Made by a program: the position numbers and the translations under genes | Notes under the pieces: model-generated | Seen by the model: only the letters and a program-made list of their open reading frames with translations | Database searches by the model: none | What the model was told of the DNA's origin: nothing | NCBI RefSeq assembly: GCF_964204645.1 | Contig: NC_134025.1 | Location: forward strand, 10,850,001-10,914,000 | Length of the DNA: 64,000 bases | Direction: 5' to 3' | Origin: Tubulanus polymorphus | Taxonomy: Eukaryota > Animalia > Nemertea | In this document: positions 63,870-64,000 of the stretch, one piece after another | Layout: each line of letters opens with the position of its first letter | Numbering within the stretch: position 1 is the first letter of the stretch

Positions 63870-64000
63870 CTGGAATATGATGTCGAATTAGTACACGCAT
63901 GAGTAATACAACAAAGAATAGCTACCCAGAATCATTTTGGTAGAGTAGACTACTCGTATTGTTGTCAAACCGCTCAAACCCAAATTTGTATGGAAAACCT

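Overview
Intron-rich, AT-rich eukaryotic (metazoan, invertebrate-like) genomic DNA, not prokaryotic; most of the supplied short ORFs are noise or single exons. Spliced genes reconstructed by eye: a PAN/apple + C-type lectin gene with an unresolved 5' end (+), exportin-5 XPO5 (-) head-to-head with NDUFAF4 (+), the Hippo-pathway kinase LATS/warts (-) head-to-head with a CEP85/CEP85L-like gene (+), and the last two exons of an unidentified gene (-) at the right edge. Non-coding space holds a ~40-bp satellite, minisatellites, many MITE families, Helentron/HINE-like elements, a truncated LINE nested in a foldback element and tRNA-derived SINE remnants. The most notable signals are intronic foldback elements carrying minimal Penelope-type hammerhead ribozyme motifs, two AT-AC (U12) introns with the same TCCTTAAT branch variant, a duplicated XPO5 terminal exon, and an uORF overlapping the LATS start. 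Gene identities rest on recalled protein motifs, not database searches; coordinates were counted by hand and may be off by a few bases.
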